From contig NZ_CP042911.1 of assembly GCF_008065095.1 (NCBI RefSeq), positions 8,670,001 through 8,702,000 of the forward strand: a stretch of 32,000 nt of DNA, read 5' to 3'. A program made the position numbers and the translations under genes. Source of the DNA: Gemmata obscuriglobus (lineage in GTDB: Bacteria > Planctomycetota > Planctomycetia > Gemmatales > Gemmataceae). Below, piece after piece: positions 1 to 9,567 of this stretch (its first letter is position 1; the number at the start of each line of letters is the position of its first letter). Below the pieces are notes generated by a model, which saw nothing but the letters and a program-made list of their open reading frames with translations, did not search any database and was not told the DNA's origin.

Positions 1-1388
1 TACTGCCGCCCGCTGCCGCCGCGAGTACCCGACCGCTGGCCGACTGGGTCGAGAACCGGCTGCTGCCGCTCCGCGCCATGGACGAACCGGACCAGCGCGC
101 AGCGGCGGTGGCGGCGTGGGACGAGTTGGACGAGCGGCAGCGGTTCGTGTGGAACAAGCTCATCACGGGCGAGTTCCGCGTCGGGGTGTCGCAACTGCTG
201 GTGGTGCGGGCGCTGGCGCAGGTGAGCGGGCTCCCGACCGACACCGTGTCGCACCGGCTCATGGGCGCGTGGGAACCGACGCCCGCCTTCTACACCGCCC
301 TAGTGGCGCCCGACTCGGGCGACGCCGACGTGAGCCGCCCGTACCCGTTCTTCCTCGCGCACCCGCTCGAAGGTAAGCCGGCCGCGCTCGGTTCGCCGGA
401 CGAGTGGCAGGCCGAGTGGAAGTGGGACGGCATCCGCGCGCAAGTGGTGCGCCGCGGGGGCCGATCGTTCGTGTGGTCCCGGGGCGAGGAGTTGGTCACC
501 GACCGTTACCCTGAACTGGCGGCGCTCGCCGCGGCGCTGCCGGACGGCACCGTGATCGACGGCGAAATCCTGCCGTGGAAGAGGCAGGAGGGGGTCACGG
601 GGGAACCCGCGGGGGGTTCCCCCGAATTCGGAGGCACAGTGCTCCCGTTCGGCGAGCTGCAAAAGCGCATCGGCCGCAAGACGCTCTCAAAGAAGTTGCT
701 TGAAGACGTGCCCGCAGTGCTCATGGCCTACGACCTCGTGGAGGAGGCCGGGGCGGATCTGCGCGAGCGCCCGCTCTCGGAGCGCCGCGCACGGCTCGAG
801 GCGCTCGCGGCCCGCGCCCCGCACCCCGCGCTGCGGTTGTCCCCGCGGCTGGCGTTCGACTCGTGGGAATCGCTCGCGACCGAGCGCCGGGGCAGTCGGG
901 CGCGGGGCGTCGAGGGGATGATGCTGAAGCGCCGCGCGGCCCCGTACCGCGTGGGGCGGGTGCGCGGCGACTGGTGGAAGTGGAAGGTCGAGCCGTTCGC
1001 GGTGGACGCGGTGCTCATCTACGCCCAGTCCGGGCACGGCAAGCGGAGCGGCCTCTACACCGACTACACGTTCGGCGTGTGGGACGGCGGGGCGCTGGTG
1101 CCGTTTGCCAAGGCGTACAGCGGGCTGACCGACGCCGAGATCCGCAAGGTGGACGCGTTCGTCCGCGCCAACACGCTGGAGAAGTTCGGCCCGGTCCGCA
1201 CGGTCAAGCCGGAACTCGTATTCGAGCTGGGGTTCGAGGGCATTCAGGCGTCGTCGCGGCACAAGAGCGGGGTGGCGGTGCGGTTCCCGCGGATGCTCCG
1301 CTGGCGGACGGACAAGAAGCCGGAAGAGGCGGACACGCTCGACCGCGTCAAGGGACTGCTGAACGTGCCGGCGGAGGGCGGGGCGTGA
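1..1388 (+). CDS. ATP-dependent DNA ligase of the ligase-associated DNA damage response cluster (5' partial; frame open to the window edge)
   Basis: ORF 78..1388. The same frame has no stop back to nt 3, so the gene most likely starts off-window. Adenylation motif I KWDGIRAQV, then EGMMLKR and WWKWK motifs and an OB-like C-terminus. Followed directly by Lhr-type helicase and PdeM genes. Confidence 0.85.
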   Translation, partial: LPPAAAASTRPLADWVENRLLPLRAMDEPDQRAAAVAAWDELDERQRFVWNKLITGEFRVGVSQLLVVRALAQVSGLPTDTVSHRLMGAWEPTPAFYTALVAPDSGDADVSRPYPFFLAHPLEGKPAALGSPDEWQAEWKWDGIRAQVVRRGGRSFVWSRGEELVTDRYPELAALAAALPDGTVIDGEILPWKRQEGVTGEPAGGSPEFGGTVLPFGELQKRIGRKTLSKKLLEDVPAVLMAYDLVEEAGADLRERPLSERRARLEALAARAPHPALRLSPRLAFDSWESLATERRGSRARGVEGMMLKRRAAPYRVGRVRGDWWKWKVEPFAVDAVLIYAQSGHGKRSGLYTDYTFGVWDGGALVPFAKAYSGLTDAEIRKVDAFVRANTLEKFGPVRTVKPELVFELGFEGIQASSRHKSGVAVRFPRMLRWRTDKKPEEADTLDRVKGLLNVPAEGGA

Positions 1389-3916
1389 GAGGCATCCCGA
1401 AGCCCCCCCGCACCAAGACGCCGAAGCCGCGCCCGATCGACCCGGCGGAGGTGGTGCCGCCGGACGAGTGGTTCGCGCGCCGCGGGTGGGCACCGTTCCC
1501 GTTTCAACAAGAGACCTGGGCGGCGTACCGCGCCGGCGCGAGCGGGCTCGTTCACGCTTCCACCGGCACCGGTAAAACGTATGCGGCGTACTTCGGCCCT
1601 CTGTTCGAAGCGGTGAGCGAGCCCCCCGCGGTAACTCCTCCGCCGCTTCGCGTACTATGGGTCACCCCGCTTCGCGCGCTGTCGGCCGACACCGCACTGG
1701 CGCTTGAAGCGCCGCTCCGCCCGCTGGGGCTGAACTGGGATGTCGGGACGCGCACCGGCGACACGTCGGCCGCGGCCCGCACGCGGCAGCAGAAGCGGCT
1801 CCCCACGGTGCTCGTCACCACGCCCGAGAGCCTGTCGCTACTGCTGACCTACCCGGACGCGCGGGAGAAGTTCGCGGGCCTGCGGTGCGTCGTGTGCGAC
1901 GAGTGGCACGAGCTGTTCGGCTCGAAGCGCGGAGTGCTCACCGAACTCGCGCTCGCCCGCCTTCGCACGTTCTGCCCGCGCCTGCGGACCTGGGGGCTAT
2001 CGGCGACACTCGGCAACTTGGACGACGCGCTTGCGGCACTTGCCGGGGCCGGGCGCGATACGTCTGCGGAAGCGTGCTCGCAGACCGGGCGCGGTCGAGT
2101 GATCCGCGGGCACGTGCCGAAGCCGATCGCCATCGACGCGATCCTGCCGCCGCGGGTGGAACGGTTCCCGTGGGCCGGACACCTCGGGCTGTCCCTCCTG
2201 CCGCAAGTGCTCACGGCAATCGATGAGGGCAAGACGGCGCTGCTGTTCACCAACACCCGCGGGCAGTGCGAGCAGTGGTATCAGGCGCTGCTGGACGCCC
2301 GCCCCGAGTGGGCCGGGCAGGTGGCGCTGCACCACGGCTCGCTCGACCGGAAGGCGCGCGACTGGGTGGAGGACGGGCTCCGCGCCGGGACGCTGCGGTG
2401 CGTGGTCTGCACCAGCACGCTCGACCTCGGCGTGGACTTCGCCCCGGTCGAGCGGGTGCTCCAAGTGGGGAGCCCGAAGGGCGTCGCGCGGCTGTTGCAG
2501 CGGGCCGGGCGGAGCGGGCACCGGCCAGGCGAAACCAGCCGCGTCACCTGCGTCCCGACGCACGCGTTCGAACTGGTTGAGGTGTCCGCGGCGCGGGCCG
2601 CCGCAGCCGAAGGGCGGATCGAGGGCCGGTTCCCGATCGACAAGCCGCTCGACGTGCTGGCGCAACACTGCGTCGGCTCGGCGCTGGCCGGCGGGTTCCG
2701 GGCCGACGAACTGCTGGCGGAGGTGCGGACGGCCCACGCGTACCGCGACCTGTCGGGCGCGGAATGGACGTGGGTACTCGACTTCGTCACCCGTGGCGGC
2801 GAGGCACTGAAAGCGTACCCAGACTACCGCCGCGTCGAGGTGCGCGACGGCGTGTACGGCGTACCGGACGCGAAGGTCGCCCGCCGGCACCGGCAGTCGG
2901 TCGGCGTCATCACGTCCGAAGCCGCGGTGCTGGTGCGGTTCCTCCGGGGGCCGAAGCTGGGGACGGTGGACGAGTCGTTCGCCGCCCGGCTCAAGACCAG
3001 CGACCGGTTCACCTTCGCCGGGCGCACGCTGGAGTTCGTCAAGCTGTACGAGATGACGGCGTGGGTGCGGCTGGCGAAAAAAGACGCCGACACGAAGCCC
3101 CGCTGGTCCGGGTCGCGGCTGCCGCTGTCCGGCGAGCTGTCGGCGGCGGTGCGGGCCAAACTGGACGAGGCCGCCCGCGGGCTGTTCGCGGACGCCGAAA
3201 TGCGGGCGGTGCGGCCGGTGCTGGAGGTGCAGGCCCGGTGGTCACGGGTACCCGCCGCGGGCGAGGTGCTCGCGGAGCGGCTCAGCACCCGCGACGGGCA
3301 CCACCTGTTCCTCTACCCGTTCGAGGGGCGGCTCGTCAACGAGGGCGTGGCCGCGCTGCTGGCGTACCGGCTGTCGCGCCGGCGGCCGCAGACGTTCACC
3401 CTGGCGTGCAACGACTACGGCCTCGAACTGGTGTCGTCCGACCAGCTCGACCTCGACGCGATCGCGCTGAAAGAGTTACTCGTCCCCGACCGATTGACGG
3501 ACGACGTGCTGGCGTCGCTGAACGCCGCCGAGCTGGCGAAGCGGCAGTTCCGCGAGGTGGCCCGCGTCGCCGGGCTGGTGAACCCCGGGCTGCCGCACGC
3601 GGGCCGCACCGCCAAGCAGCTCCAGGCGTCCAGCGGGCTGTTCTACGACGTGTTCCGCGAGCACGACCCGTCGAACCTGCTCCTGTGGCAGGCCCGGCGC
3701 GAGGTGCTCGACCGCCAGTTCGAGGTGACGCGGCTGCGCGCCGCGCTCGACCGGATCGGCGCCGCCCGGCTCGTCGTGACCGACCCGCCGCGGCCGACGC
3801 CGTTCGCGTTCCCGCTGCTGGTCGAGCGGATGCGCGCGGCGGTGTCGTCGGAAACGCTGGCCGACCGGGTGCGGAAGCTGGCCGCGGCGCTGGAGCGGAA
3901 GGCGGGTCCGGAATGA
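1385..3916 (+). CDS. lhr: Ligase-associated DEXH-box helicase (Lhr-core type)
   Basis: C-terminal 843 codons of ORF 863..3916. In-frame GTG at 1385 overlaps the ligase TGA (GTGA). Walker A ASTGTGKTYAAY, DEWH box (VCDEWHEL), helicase C motifs (RAGRSGHRPG). The upstream part of the ORF lies out of frame inside the ligase gene and is Arg/Gly/Ala-rich with no recognisable motifs. Confidence 0.88.
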   Translation: MRGIPKPPRTKTPKPRPIDPAEVVPPDEWFARRGWAPFPFQQETWAAYRAGASGLVHASTGTGKTYAAYFGPLFEAVSEPPAVTPPPLRVLWVTPLRALSADTALALEAPLRPLGLNWDVGTRTGDTSAAARTRQQKRLPTVLVTTPESLSLLLTYPDAREKFAGLRCVVCDEWHELFGSKRGVLTELALARLRTFCPRLRTWGLSATLGNLDDALAALAGAGRDTSAEACSQTGRGRVIRGHVPKPIAIDAILPPRVERFPWAGHLGLSLLPQVLTAIDEGKTALLFTNTRGQCEQWYQALLDARPEWAGQVALHHGSLDRKARDWVEDGLRAGTLRCVVCTSTLDLGVDFAPVERVLQVGSPKGVARLLQRAGRSGHRPGETSRVTCVPTHAFELVEVSAARAAAAEGRIEGRFPIDKPLDVLAQHCVGSALAGGFRADELLAEVRTAHAYRDLSGAEWTWVLDFVTRGGEALKAYPDYRRVEVRDGVYGVPDAKVARRHRQSVGVITSEAAVLVRFLRGPKLGTVDESFAARLKTSDRFTFAGRTLEFVKLYEMTAWVRLAKKDADTKPRWSGSRLPLSGELSAAVRAKLDEAARGLFADAEMRAVRPVLEVQARWSRVPAAGEVLAERLSTRDGHHLFLYPFEGRLVNEGVAALLAYRLSRRRPQTFTLACNDYGLELVSSDQLDLDAIALKELLVPDRLTDDVLASLNAAELAKRQFREVARVAGLVNPGLPHAGRTAKQLQASSGLFYDVFREHDPSNLLLWQARREVLDRQFEVTRLRAALDRIGAARLVVTDPPRPTPFAFPLLVERMRAAVSSETLADRVRKLAAALERKAGPE

Positions 3917-4548
3917 CCGCAGAGATCGAAATCGCCGGCGAGCGGCTGGTCCTGCGCCCGGACCGGTCCCTCTTCTGGCCGCGGGCGCGGGCGCTGGTGA
4001 TCGCCGACCCGCATTTCGGCAAGGCCGAGGCGTTTCGCGCCGCCGGAGTACCGGTGCCGGGAGATTCGGCCGAACCGCTCACCCGCCTCGCCGCCGCGCT
4101 CGACGACACCGCGGCCGAGCACCTGTTCGTCCTGGGCGACTTCTGGCACGCGCGTGAGGGGCGCACCGCCCATGTGGTCGAGGGGCTGACTGCGTGGCGC
4201 AATGAACGGCAGGGCCTGCTGGTACGGCTGGTGCGCGGGAACCACGACCGCGCCGGCCCGCCGCCGGACGGGTGGGGCGACTGGTCGAATGACCTCCGCG
4301 TCGAGCCGTTCGTGTTCGCCCATTTCCCGGAACCGGCCGACGGCGGGTACGTGCTGGCCGGGCACCTTCACCCGGGCGTTGTACTGGGCCGCGAGCGGTT
4401 GCGGCTGCCGTGCTTCTGGTTCGGGCCGCGGGTCGGGGTGCTGCCGGCGTTCGGTACGTTCACCGGAGCGGCGAACGTGCCGATCCGGCGCGGCGATCGG
4501 GCATTCGCCGTCGCCGGGACCGCGGTGGTGGACGTGTCGCGGCCCTGA
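3913..4548 (+). CDS. pdeM: Ligase-associated DNA damage response metallophosphoesterase PdeM
   Basis: ATG at 3913 overlaps the helicase stop (ATGA). Calcineurin-like phosphoesterase motifs ADPHFGK, LGDFWH, GNHD, GHLHPG. Size is about 211 aa. Has the typical position downstream of ligase and Lhr. Confidence 0.85.
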   Translation: MTAEIEIAGERLVLRPDRSLFWPRARALVIADPHFGKAEAFRAAGVPVPGDSAEPLTRLAAALDDTAAEHLFVLGDFWHAREGRTAHVVEGLTAWRNERQGLLVRLVRGNHDRAGPPPDGWGDWSNDLRVEPFVFAHFPEPADGGYVLAGHLHPGVVLGRERLRLPCFWFGPRVGVLPAFGTFTGAANVPIRRGDRAFAVAGTAVVDVSRP

Positions 4549-4626
4549 TGTTGCAGTCTTGACTGCGCGTTCGGCCGAAGTAAACGGAACGCCGTGGGGC
4601 GGGCGCACGCGACACGGGGAGACGAA

Positions 4627-6453
4627 ATGGGAGCAGCGGAGATCCGGCGGTGCGGCGCGGTCACCCGGTCCGACGGGGCCGTGACGTGGCGGGTGTGGGC
4701 GCCCAAGGCGGACCGCGTCGAGCTGGTCCTGATCGACGGCGACCGCCGGCAACCGATCGCCATGCGCCCGGAGGATGACGGCTACTTCGTTCACGCCGGT
4801 GCGGGCGTGCCGGACGGGCAGCGGTACGCGTACCGGCTCAACGGCGGCCCGGAGCGCCCGGACCCGTGTTCGCGCTGGCAGCCGGACGGCGTCCACCGGC
4901 CATCGGCGGTCGTGTTCCCGGGCCGCTTCCCGTGGACCGACCGCGGCTGGCGCGGGGTCAGCCGTGACGATTTGGTCTTCTACGAGCTGCACGTCGGCAC
5001 GTTCACCCCGGAGGGCACGTTTGACGCGGTCATCCCGCGCTTGCCGGAACTGCGCGACCTAGGGGTCACCGCGATCGAGGTCATGCCGGTGGCTCAGTTC
5101 CCGGGCGCGCGGAACTGGGGCTACGACGGGGTCCACCTGTTCGCCCCGCAGGACACCTACGGCGGCCCCGACGCCCTGCGCCGGTTGGTCGACGCGTGCC
5201 ACGCGCACGGGCTCGCGGTGGTCCTCGACGTGGTGTACAACCACCTCGGGCCGGAGGGCAACTACGCCGGCGAGTTCGGCCCGTACTACTCGGACCGCTA
5301 CCGCACCGCGTGGGGCGCGGCGCTCAACTACGACGGACCGGGGTCCGACGGGGTCCGCGACTTCGTGCTGGACAACGTCCGGCACTGGGCCGAAGAGTAC
5401 CACCTCGACGGGCTGCGGCTGGACGCCACCCAGAGCATCTTCGACATCAGCCCCGTTCACATCCTCACCGAGATCAAGCGCGAAGCGGACCGGGCCGCGG
5501 CGCCGCTCGGCCGGCCGTTCCACGTGATTGCCGAGAGCCTGCTCAACGACGTGCGCATCGTCCTCCCGCCGGACCGCGGCGGGTACGGGCTCGACGCCGA
5601 GTGGAACGAGGACTTCCACCACGCGGTGGTCGCGTTCCTGACCGGCGAGCGGCACGGCAAGTACGTCGACTTCGGCCCGGCCGCCGACCTGCCGCGGGTG
5701 CTGGAGCGCACGTACCTGCTGGACGGGCGGTACAGCCGGCACCGCGGGCGGCGGTGGGGCGCGTCGGCCGGGGACGTGCCCGGGGACCGGTTCGTGGTCG
5801 GCGTGCAGAACCACGACCACGTCGGCAACCGGGCGCGGGGCGAGCGGCTGGCGGCGCTGGCCGGGCCGCCGGTGCAGCGGCTCGCCGCCAGCCTGATGCT
5901 GTTGTCCCCGCACCTGCCGTTCCTGTTCATGGGCGAGGAGTACGGGGAGACGAACCCGTTCCTGTTCTTCTGCTCGTTCGGCGACCGCGGGCTGATCGAG
6001 GGCGTGCGCCAGGGGCGGCGGCGCGACTACGCGCTGGCGGGCGAGGTGCCGGACCCGCAGGCCACGCTGTCGTTCACCGCGTCGCGGCTGAACTGGTCCT
6101 GGCCGGACGGATCGCCACGGGCCGGGCTGCGCCAGTTGTACCGCGACCTGCTCGCCGCCTGCCGCCAGTGGCCGGCACTACGAGACTTCGTGAACCGTCG
6201 CGCCCGGCTGGTACCCGATCCCGCCGAAGGACCGGTGCTGGAGTTCGTCCGCGGGGCCGATCCGGCGTCGGCACTGCACGCCTACTTCAACCTGTCCGCG
6301 GCCCCGCAACCGCTACCGGCCGGGCCGCCCGCAGGCGCGCAGGTGCTCCACAGCTCGGAGTGGCGCACCTACGGCGGGCCGCGCGCGGAAGGCGACGCCC
6401 ACACGGAGCTGCACCCACACGAATGTCTGGTGTTCGGCCCGGCGCCCATGTGA
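4627..6453 (+). CDS. treZ: Malto-oligosyltrehalose trehalohydrolase (GH13)
   Basis: [17 protein letters not shown]-terminal domain; GH13 regions [28 protein letters not shown]. Start at ATG 4627 is preferred (GGGGAGA 7 nt upstream); ATG 4594 is an alternative. Confidence 0.85.
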   Translation: MGAAEIRRCGAVTRSDGAVTWRVWAPKADRVELVLIDGDRRQPIAMRPEDDGYFVHAGAGVPDGQRYAYRLNGGPERPDPCSRWQPDGVHRPSAVVFPGRFPWTDRGWRGVSRDDLVFYELHVGTFTPEGTFDAVIPRLPELRDLGVTAIEVMPVAQFPGARNWGYDGVHLFAPQDTYGGPDALRRLVDACHAHGLAVVLDVVYNHLGPEGNYAGEFGPYYSDRYRTAWGAALNYDGPGSDGVRDFVLDNVRHWAEEYHLDGLRLDATQSIFDISPVHILTEIKREADRAAAPLGRPFHVIAESLLNDVRIVLPPDRGGYGLDAEWNEDFHHAVVAFLTGERHGKYVDFGPAADLPRVLERTYLLDGRYSRHRGRRWGASAGDVPGDRFVVGVQNHDHVGNRARGERLAALAGPPVQRLAASLMLLSPHLPFLFMGEEYGETNPFLFFCSFGDRGLIEGVRQGRRRDYALAGEVPDPQATLSFTASRLNWSWPDGSPRAGLRQLYRDLLAACRQWPALRDFVNRRARLVPDPAEGPVLEFVRGADPASALHAYFNLSAAPQPLPAGPPAGAQVLHSSEWRTYGGPRAEGDAHTELHPHECLVFGPAPM

Positions 6454-6542
6454 CCGCCGCCGGCTCGGCGCGTCCCGCGGTGGCGGCCGGGCGGCGCGGG
6501 TTTTGCCTCTGTGCGTGCAGGCCCCGCACCACGAGGTTTTCG

Positions 6543-7991
6543 ATGTCCGCTCTCCCGCCGACCGTCACCGCTCGCGCCCTGCAAGAGAAGCTCCGTGCGC
6601 ACTTCGGGTTCCGCCAGTTCCGCCCCGGCCAGTTGGAAGCCGTGCGGTGCGCGATGGAGGGCCGCGACGTGCTCATCGTCATGCCCACCGGCAGCGGCAA
6701 AAGCCTGTGCTTCCAGCTTCCGGCGCTCGAGCTGGAGGGCACGACGGTCGTCGTCAGTCCGCTCATCGCTCTGATGAAGGATCAGGCCGACGCCCTGCGG
6801 GCCAAGGGCGTAGACGTGGCCGTCGTCAACAGCACGCTGACCGCCGCCGAGCGGCACCGGGCGGAAGAGGACATCGCGTCGGGCCGGGCTGAGTTCGTGT
6901 ACACCACGCCCGAACAACTCGCCAATCCGGAGTTTCGTGCGGTCCTGAAGCGGGTGCCCATCGACCTGTTCGTGGTGGACGAGGCGCACTGCGTCAGCCA
7001 GTGGGGGCACGACTTCCGGCCGGACTTCCTCGCCCTCGGCCGGGCGATCGACGACCTCGGCCGCCCGCCGGTGCTGGCCCTTACCGCGACCGCCACGCCG
7101 GACGTGATCGAGGACGTGCTGGGGCGGCTCGGCATCCCGAATGCCGACGTGGTTCACACCGGCTTCTACCGGCCGAACCTGACGCTCGACGTGATCCCGG
7201 CGGCCGGCGACCGCGAGAAGTGCGCGCTGCTGAGCAAAATCCTGGACAACACCGACGGCCCCGCGATCGTGTACGCGGCCACCGTGAAGGCGGTCGAGGC
7301 CGTTGCCGAGTACCTGGACGGCGAGGGGGTGGACGTGGCCGCGTACCACGGCAAGTTGCCGCCGAAGCAGCGGGCCGCGGCGCAGGACGCGTTCATGTCC
7401 GGGGCGGTGCGGACGATGGTGGCCACCAACGCGTTCGGGCTGGGGATCGACAAGCCCGACATCCGCGCCGTCGTTCACTACCACCTGCCCGGCACGGTGG
7501 AGGCGTTCTACCAGGAGTTCGGCCGTGCCGGCCGCGACGGCGGCACCGCGCGGTGCGTGCTGCTGTACGACCCGGCCGACCAAAAGTTGCAGCGGTTCTT
7601 CGGCCGCGGCCGGTACCCGGACGATACCGACCTCGTCAACGCGTACCACACCCTCGAGCGCGCCCCGGGCGGCGCGACCCTGACCGAACTGCTCGCGATC
7701 TCGCCATTGCCCAAAGCCCGTTTAAAGCTGTGCCTCGACCTGCTGACCGGCCGCGGCGTCGCGCGGGCCGACGGCGCCCGGTACGAACTCGCCGCGCGCG
7801 GGCTGGACCGCGACCAGGTGGCCCGCCAGGGTCAGGCGTACCGCGAGCGGGAGGAGCGCGACCGGGCCAAGCTGCAAACCCTGGTCGGGTACGCCGAGGG
7901 CCGCGCCTGTCGCTGGCACACGGTGCTGAAGTACTTCGGCGAGGGGACCGAACTGGCAACGCCGAAGTGCGGCCACTGCGACCGCTGCTGA
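6543..7991 (+). CDS. recQ: RecQ-family ATP-dependent DNA helicase (short form, no obvious HRDC)
   Basis: [59 protein letters not shown]-like [15 protein letters not shown], and a C-terminal Cys cluster CRW...CGHCDRC. The ORF track entry 5196..7991 is the same frame running back through treZ; ATG 6543 is the first start after the treZ stop. Confidence 0.88.
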   Translation: MSALPPTVTARALQEKLRAHFGFRQFRPGQLEAVRCAMEGRDVLIVMPTGSGKSLCFQLPALELEGTTVVVSPLIALMKDQADALRAKGVDVAVVNSTLTAAERHRAEEDIASGRAEFVYTTPEQLANPEFRAVLKRVPIDLFVVDEAHCVSQWGHDFRPDFLALGRAIDDLGRPPVLALTATATPDVIEDVLGRLGIPNADVVHTGFYRPNLTLDVIPAAGDREKCALLSKILDNTDGPAIVYAATVKAVEAVAEYLDGEGVDVAAYHGKLPPKQRAAAQDAFMSGAVRTMVATNAFGLGIDKPDIRAVVHYHLPGTVEAFYQEFGRAGRDGGTARCVLLYDPADQKLQRFFGRGRYPDDTDLVNAYHTLERAPGGATLTELLAISPLPKARLKLCLDLLTGRGVARADGARYELAARGLDRDQVARQGQAYREREERDRAKLQTLVGYAEGRACRWHTVLKYFGEGTELATPKCGHCDRC

Positions 7992-8095
7992 CCGCGGTCC
8001 AACCGAGCAGGATCGTCACGCGCCGCCGGTTCGGGCTTCGCCCCATCGGTGCCGTCCGGGCCTTCTTGCGGCCCAAGGATTTTGCTCATCGCCAA

Positions 8096-8122
8096 GCAAA
8101 AAGCCCCGCTTGGTGCGGGGCT
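8096..8122 (-). terminator. Rho-independent terminator of the EF-hand gene
   Basis: AGCCCCGC (8102-8109) / GCGGGGCT (8115-8122) form an 8-bp stem with a 5-nt loop. On the minus strand it is followed by TTTTT (8098-8102), and it starts 8 nt past the stop at 8130. Confidence 0.7.
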
Positions 8123-8129
8123 GGAGTGG

Positions 8130-8708
8130 TTACTGGGGCGGCGGCGGGAACCCGCCCGGGCCACCCGGCCCGCGCTCGCGCAGCGCCTTCTTCTGCTCGT
8201 CCGTGAGAATCTTGTTGAGTCGCGCGTCCACGTCCTTCTGGAGCGCGGCGAGTTCCTTCTTCTGCGCGTCGGTCAGGTTCAGTTGATCCTGAAGGAACGG
8301 CGGCAGCACCTGCCCCGGTTGCGGCGGCCCGAACCCCGGACCTCCGGGACCACCGGGGCCGCCCGGGCCGAACCCGCCCGGACCGCTGCCGCCGGCCGTC
8401 GCGGCGGACTCTTTCGTCAGGAGCGCGGTCAGCTCGTCCTTCGTGAGAATCCCGTCCTTGTTCGCGTCGGCCCGCTCGAACAGTGCGTGCAGTCGCCCGT
8501 CGGTCAGCTCGTATTTAGTAAGCTTGCCGTCCTTATTCGCGTCGTAGGCGAAGACGCGGGCGGCCATGTCATCGACGGTGACCGCCCGTCCGCCCGCTTT
8601 ACCTCCCTTTCCGCCCTTCCCACCGGGCTGCCCCGGGGGCTGCGCTGACGTCAGCGACGCGGCCCCGAGAAGTGCCGCCGTGAACAGTACCAGAGCAATC
8701 GCGCGCAT
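8130..8708 (-). CDS. Secreted EF-hand calcium-binding protein with Gly/Pro-rich linker and C-terminal LTxxQ (Spy/CpxP-like) motifs
   Basis: Signal peptide MRAIALVLFTAALLGAASLTSA. Two canonical 12-residue EF loops, DANKDGKLTKYE and DANKDGILTKDE. GGPGGPGGPGFGPP linker. LNLTDAQKKEL and ILTDEQKKAL motifs. Confidence 0.75.
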   Translation of the reverse strand: MRAIALVLFTAALLGAASLTSAQPPGQPGGKGGKGGKAGGRAVTVDDMAARVFAYDANKDGKLTKYELTDGRLHALFERADANKDGILTKDELTALLTKESAATAGGSGPGGFGPGGPGGPGGPGFGPPQPGQVLPPFLQDQLNLTDAQKKELAALQKDVDARLNKILTDEQKKALRERGPGGPGGFPPPPQ

Positions 8709-8729
8709 CGCCGGGTTCCTTATTAGGGG

Positions 8730-9416
8730 TCACTTCTTCTGGTTCATATCCGCTTCGGACGGCGTGAGGCCGATGACGATCTCGAAGTACGCTTGCAGCT
8801 CGCCGATCTTCGAGTCCTTGACCGGCTTGAAGTCGACCAGCACCAGTTCGCGGTCGATCAGGTCGCGGATCTGGTTGAAGACCCCGTCGCGGGCGTTGCC
8901 GGCGTGCCCGCGGACCATGAACTGGCTGGTCAGCAGGTCGCGGTTGTTGCGCTTGACCTTGAAGTGGATGTGCGGGGCCGGGCGGCCCGGGTACGGAACC
9001 GGCTTGATGGTGCGGAACCGGTACTCGCCCTTGTCCGTCGTGGCGCAGCGGCCGAACCCCTGGAAGTTCTTGTCCTGCTGCTTGGCCTTCGGCGTGCTGT
9101 CGGCCGAGTGCAGGTACACCGCGTTGGCGTCGCACTGCCAGATCTCGACCAGCACGTTCTTCACCGGGGCGCCGTTCACGTCCAACACCTTACCCGTCAG
9201 GTGCGCGACCTCGCCGAGCGCCGGGGTGGTGTTCTTGCCGATGACGATCAGGTCGTTGTCGGTGTCGAGCGGGATCTTGTCCGGGTAGAACGGCCCCTCG
9301 GTCTGGGGCGGGGTGCGGAGCAGTTGCTCGGCGAACAGCGCCGGCGAGGTGAGCGCCGACGCGCCCAGCGCGCCCAGGAACGCGCGCCGCGTGGGGTCGA
9401 ACAGGGAACCGTTCAT
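8730..9416 (-). CDS. Intradiol ring-cleavage dioxygenase family protein (protocatechuate 3,4-dioxygenase beta-like), Tat-exported
   Basis: Twin-arginine signal TRRAFLGALGASAL. Family motifs TEGPFYP, VEIWQCDANAVY, GRPAPHIHFKV. Confidence 0.75.
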   Translation of the reverse strand: MNGSLFDPTRRAFLGALGASALTSPALFAEQLLRTPPQTEGPFYPDKIPLDTDNDLIVIGKNTTPALGEVAHLTGKVLDVNGAPVKNVLVEIWQCDANAVYLHSADSTPKAKQQDKNFQGFGRCATTDKGEYRFRTIKPVPYPGRPAPHIHFKVKRNNRDLLTSQFMVRGHAGNARDGVFNQIRDLIDRELVLVDFKPVKDSKIGELQAYFEIVIGLTPSEADMNQKK

Positions 9417-9567
9417 GAGCCGGGCCTCGGATCGGTGAGAGGGGAACGAAGTGGAACATGCGTCCCCAGTATAAACGCGGCGGCCCCCTGGCTGCGACTG
9501 TCTTCACCGGATGTTCACGCGGGGCGCGCCCGGCCGGTTGCCGCGCCCCGCCGTAAAATGACACGGT

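Noticed and set aside
863-1384. Upstream part of the 1017-aa ORF 863..3916
   Set aside because: It lies out of frame inside the ligase gene and translates to Arg/Gly/Ala-rich sequence with no motifs. The helicase motifs begin only after the GTG at 1385, which overlaps the ligase stop.
2764-3912. Upstream part of the 594-aa ORF 2764..4548
   Set aside because: It is an alternative frame of the helicase gene with Arg/Ala/Gly/Pro-rich composition. The PdeM homology starts at ATG 3913.
3643-4992. 449-aa minus-strand ORF spanning the helicase end, pdeM and the treZ start
   Set aside because: It crosses three well-supported plus-strand genes and their junctions, and its composition is Arg/Pro/Ala-rich and not protein-like.
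6454-6504. Possible terminator after treZ (CCCGCG 6474-6479 / CGCGGG 6495-6500 followed by TTTT)
   Set aside because: The stem is only 6 bp with a 15-nt loop in a uniformly GC-rich context, which is too weak to report as a feature.
5196-6542. Upstream part of the 931-aa ORF 5196..7991
   Set aside because: It is an out-of-frame read-through of treZ with extreme Arg/Pro/Ala content. RecQ motifs start right after ATG 6543.
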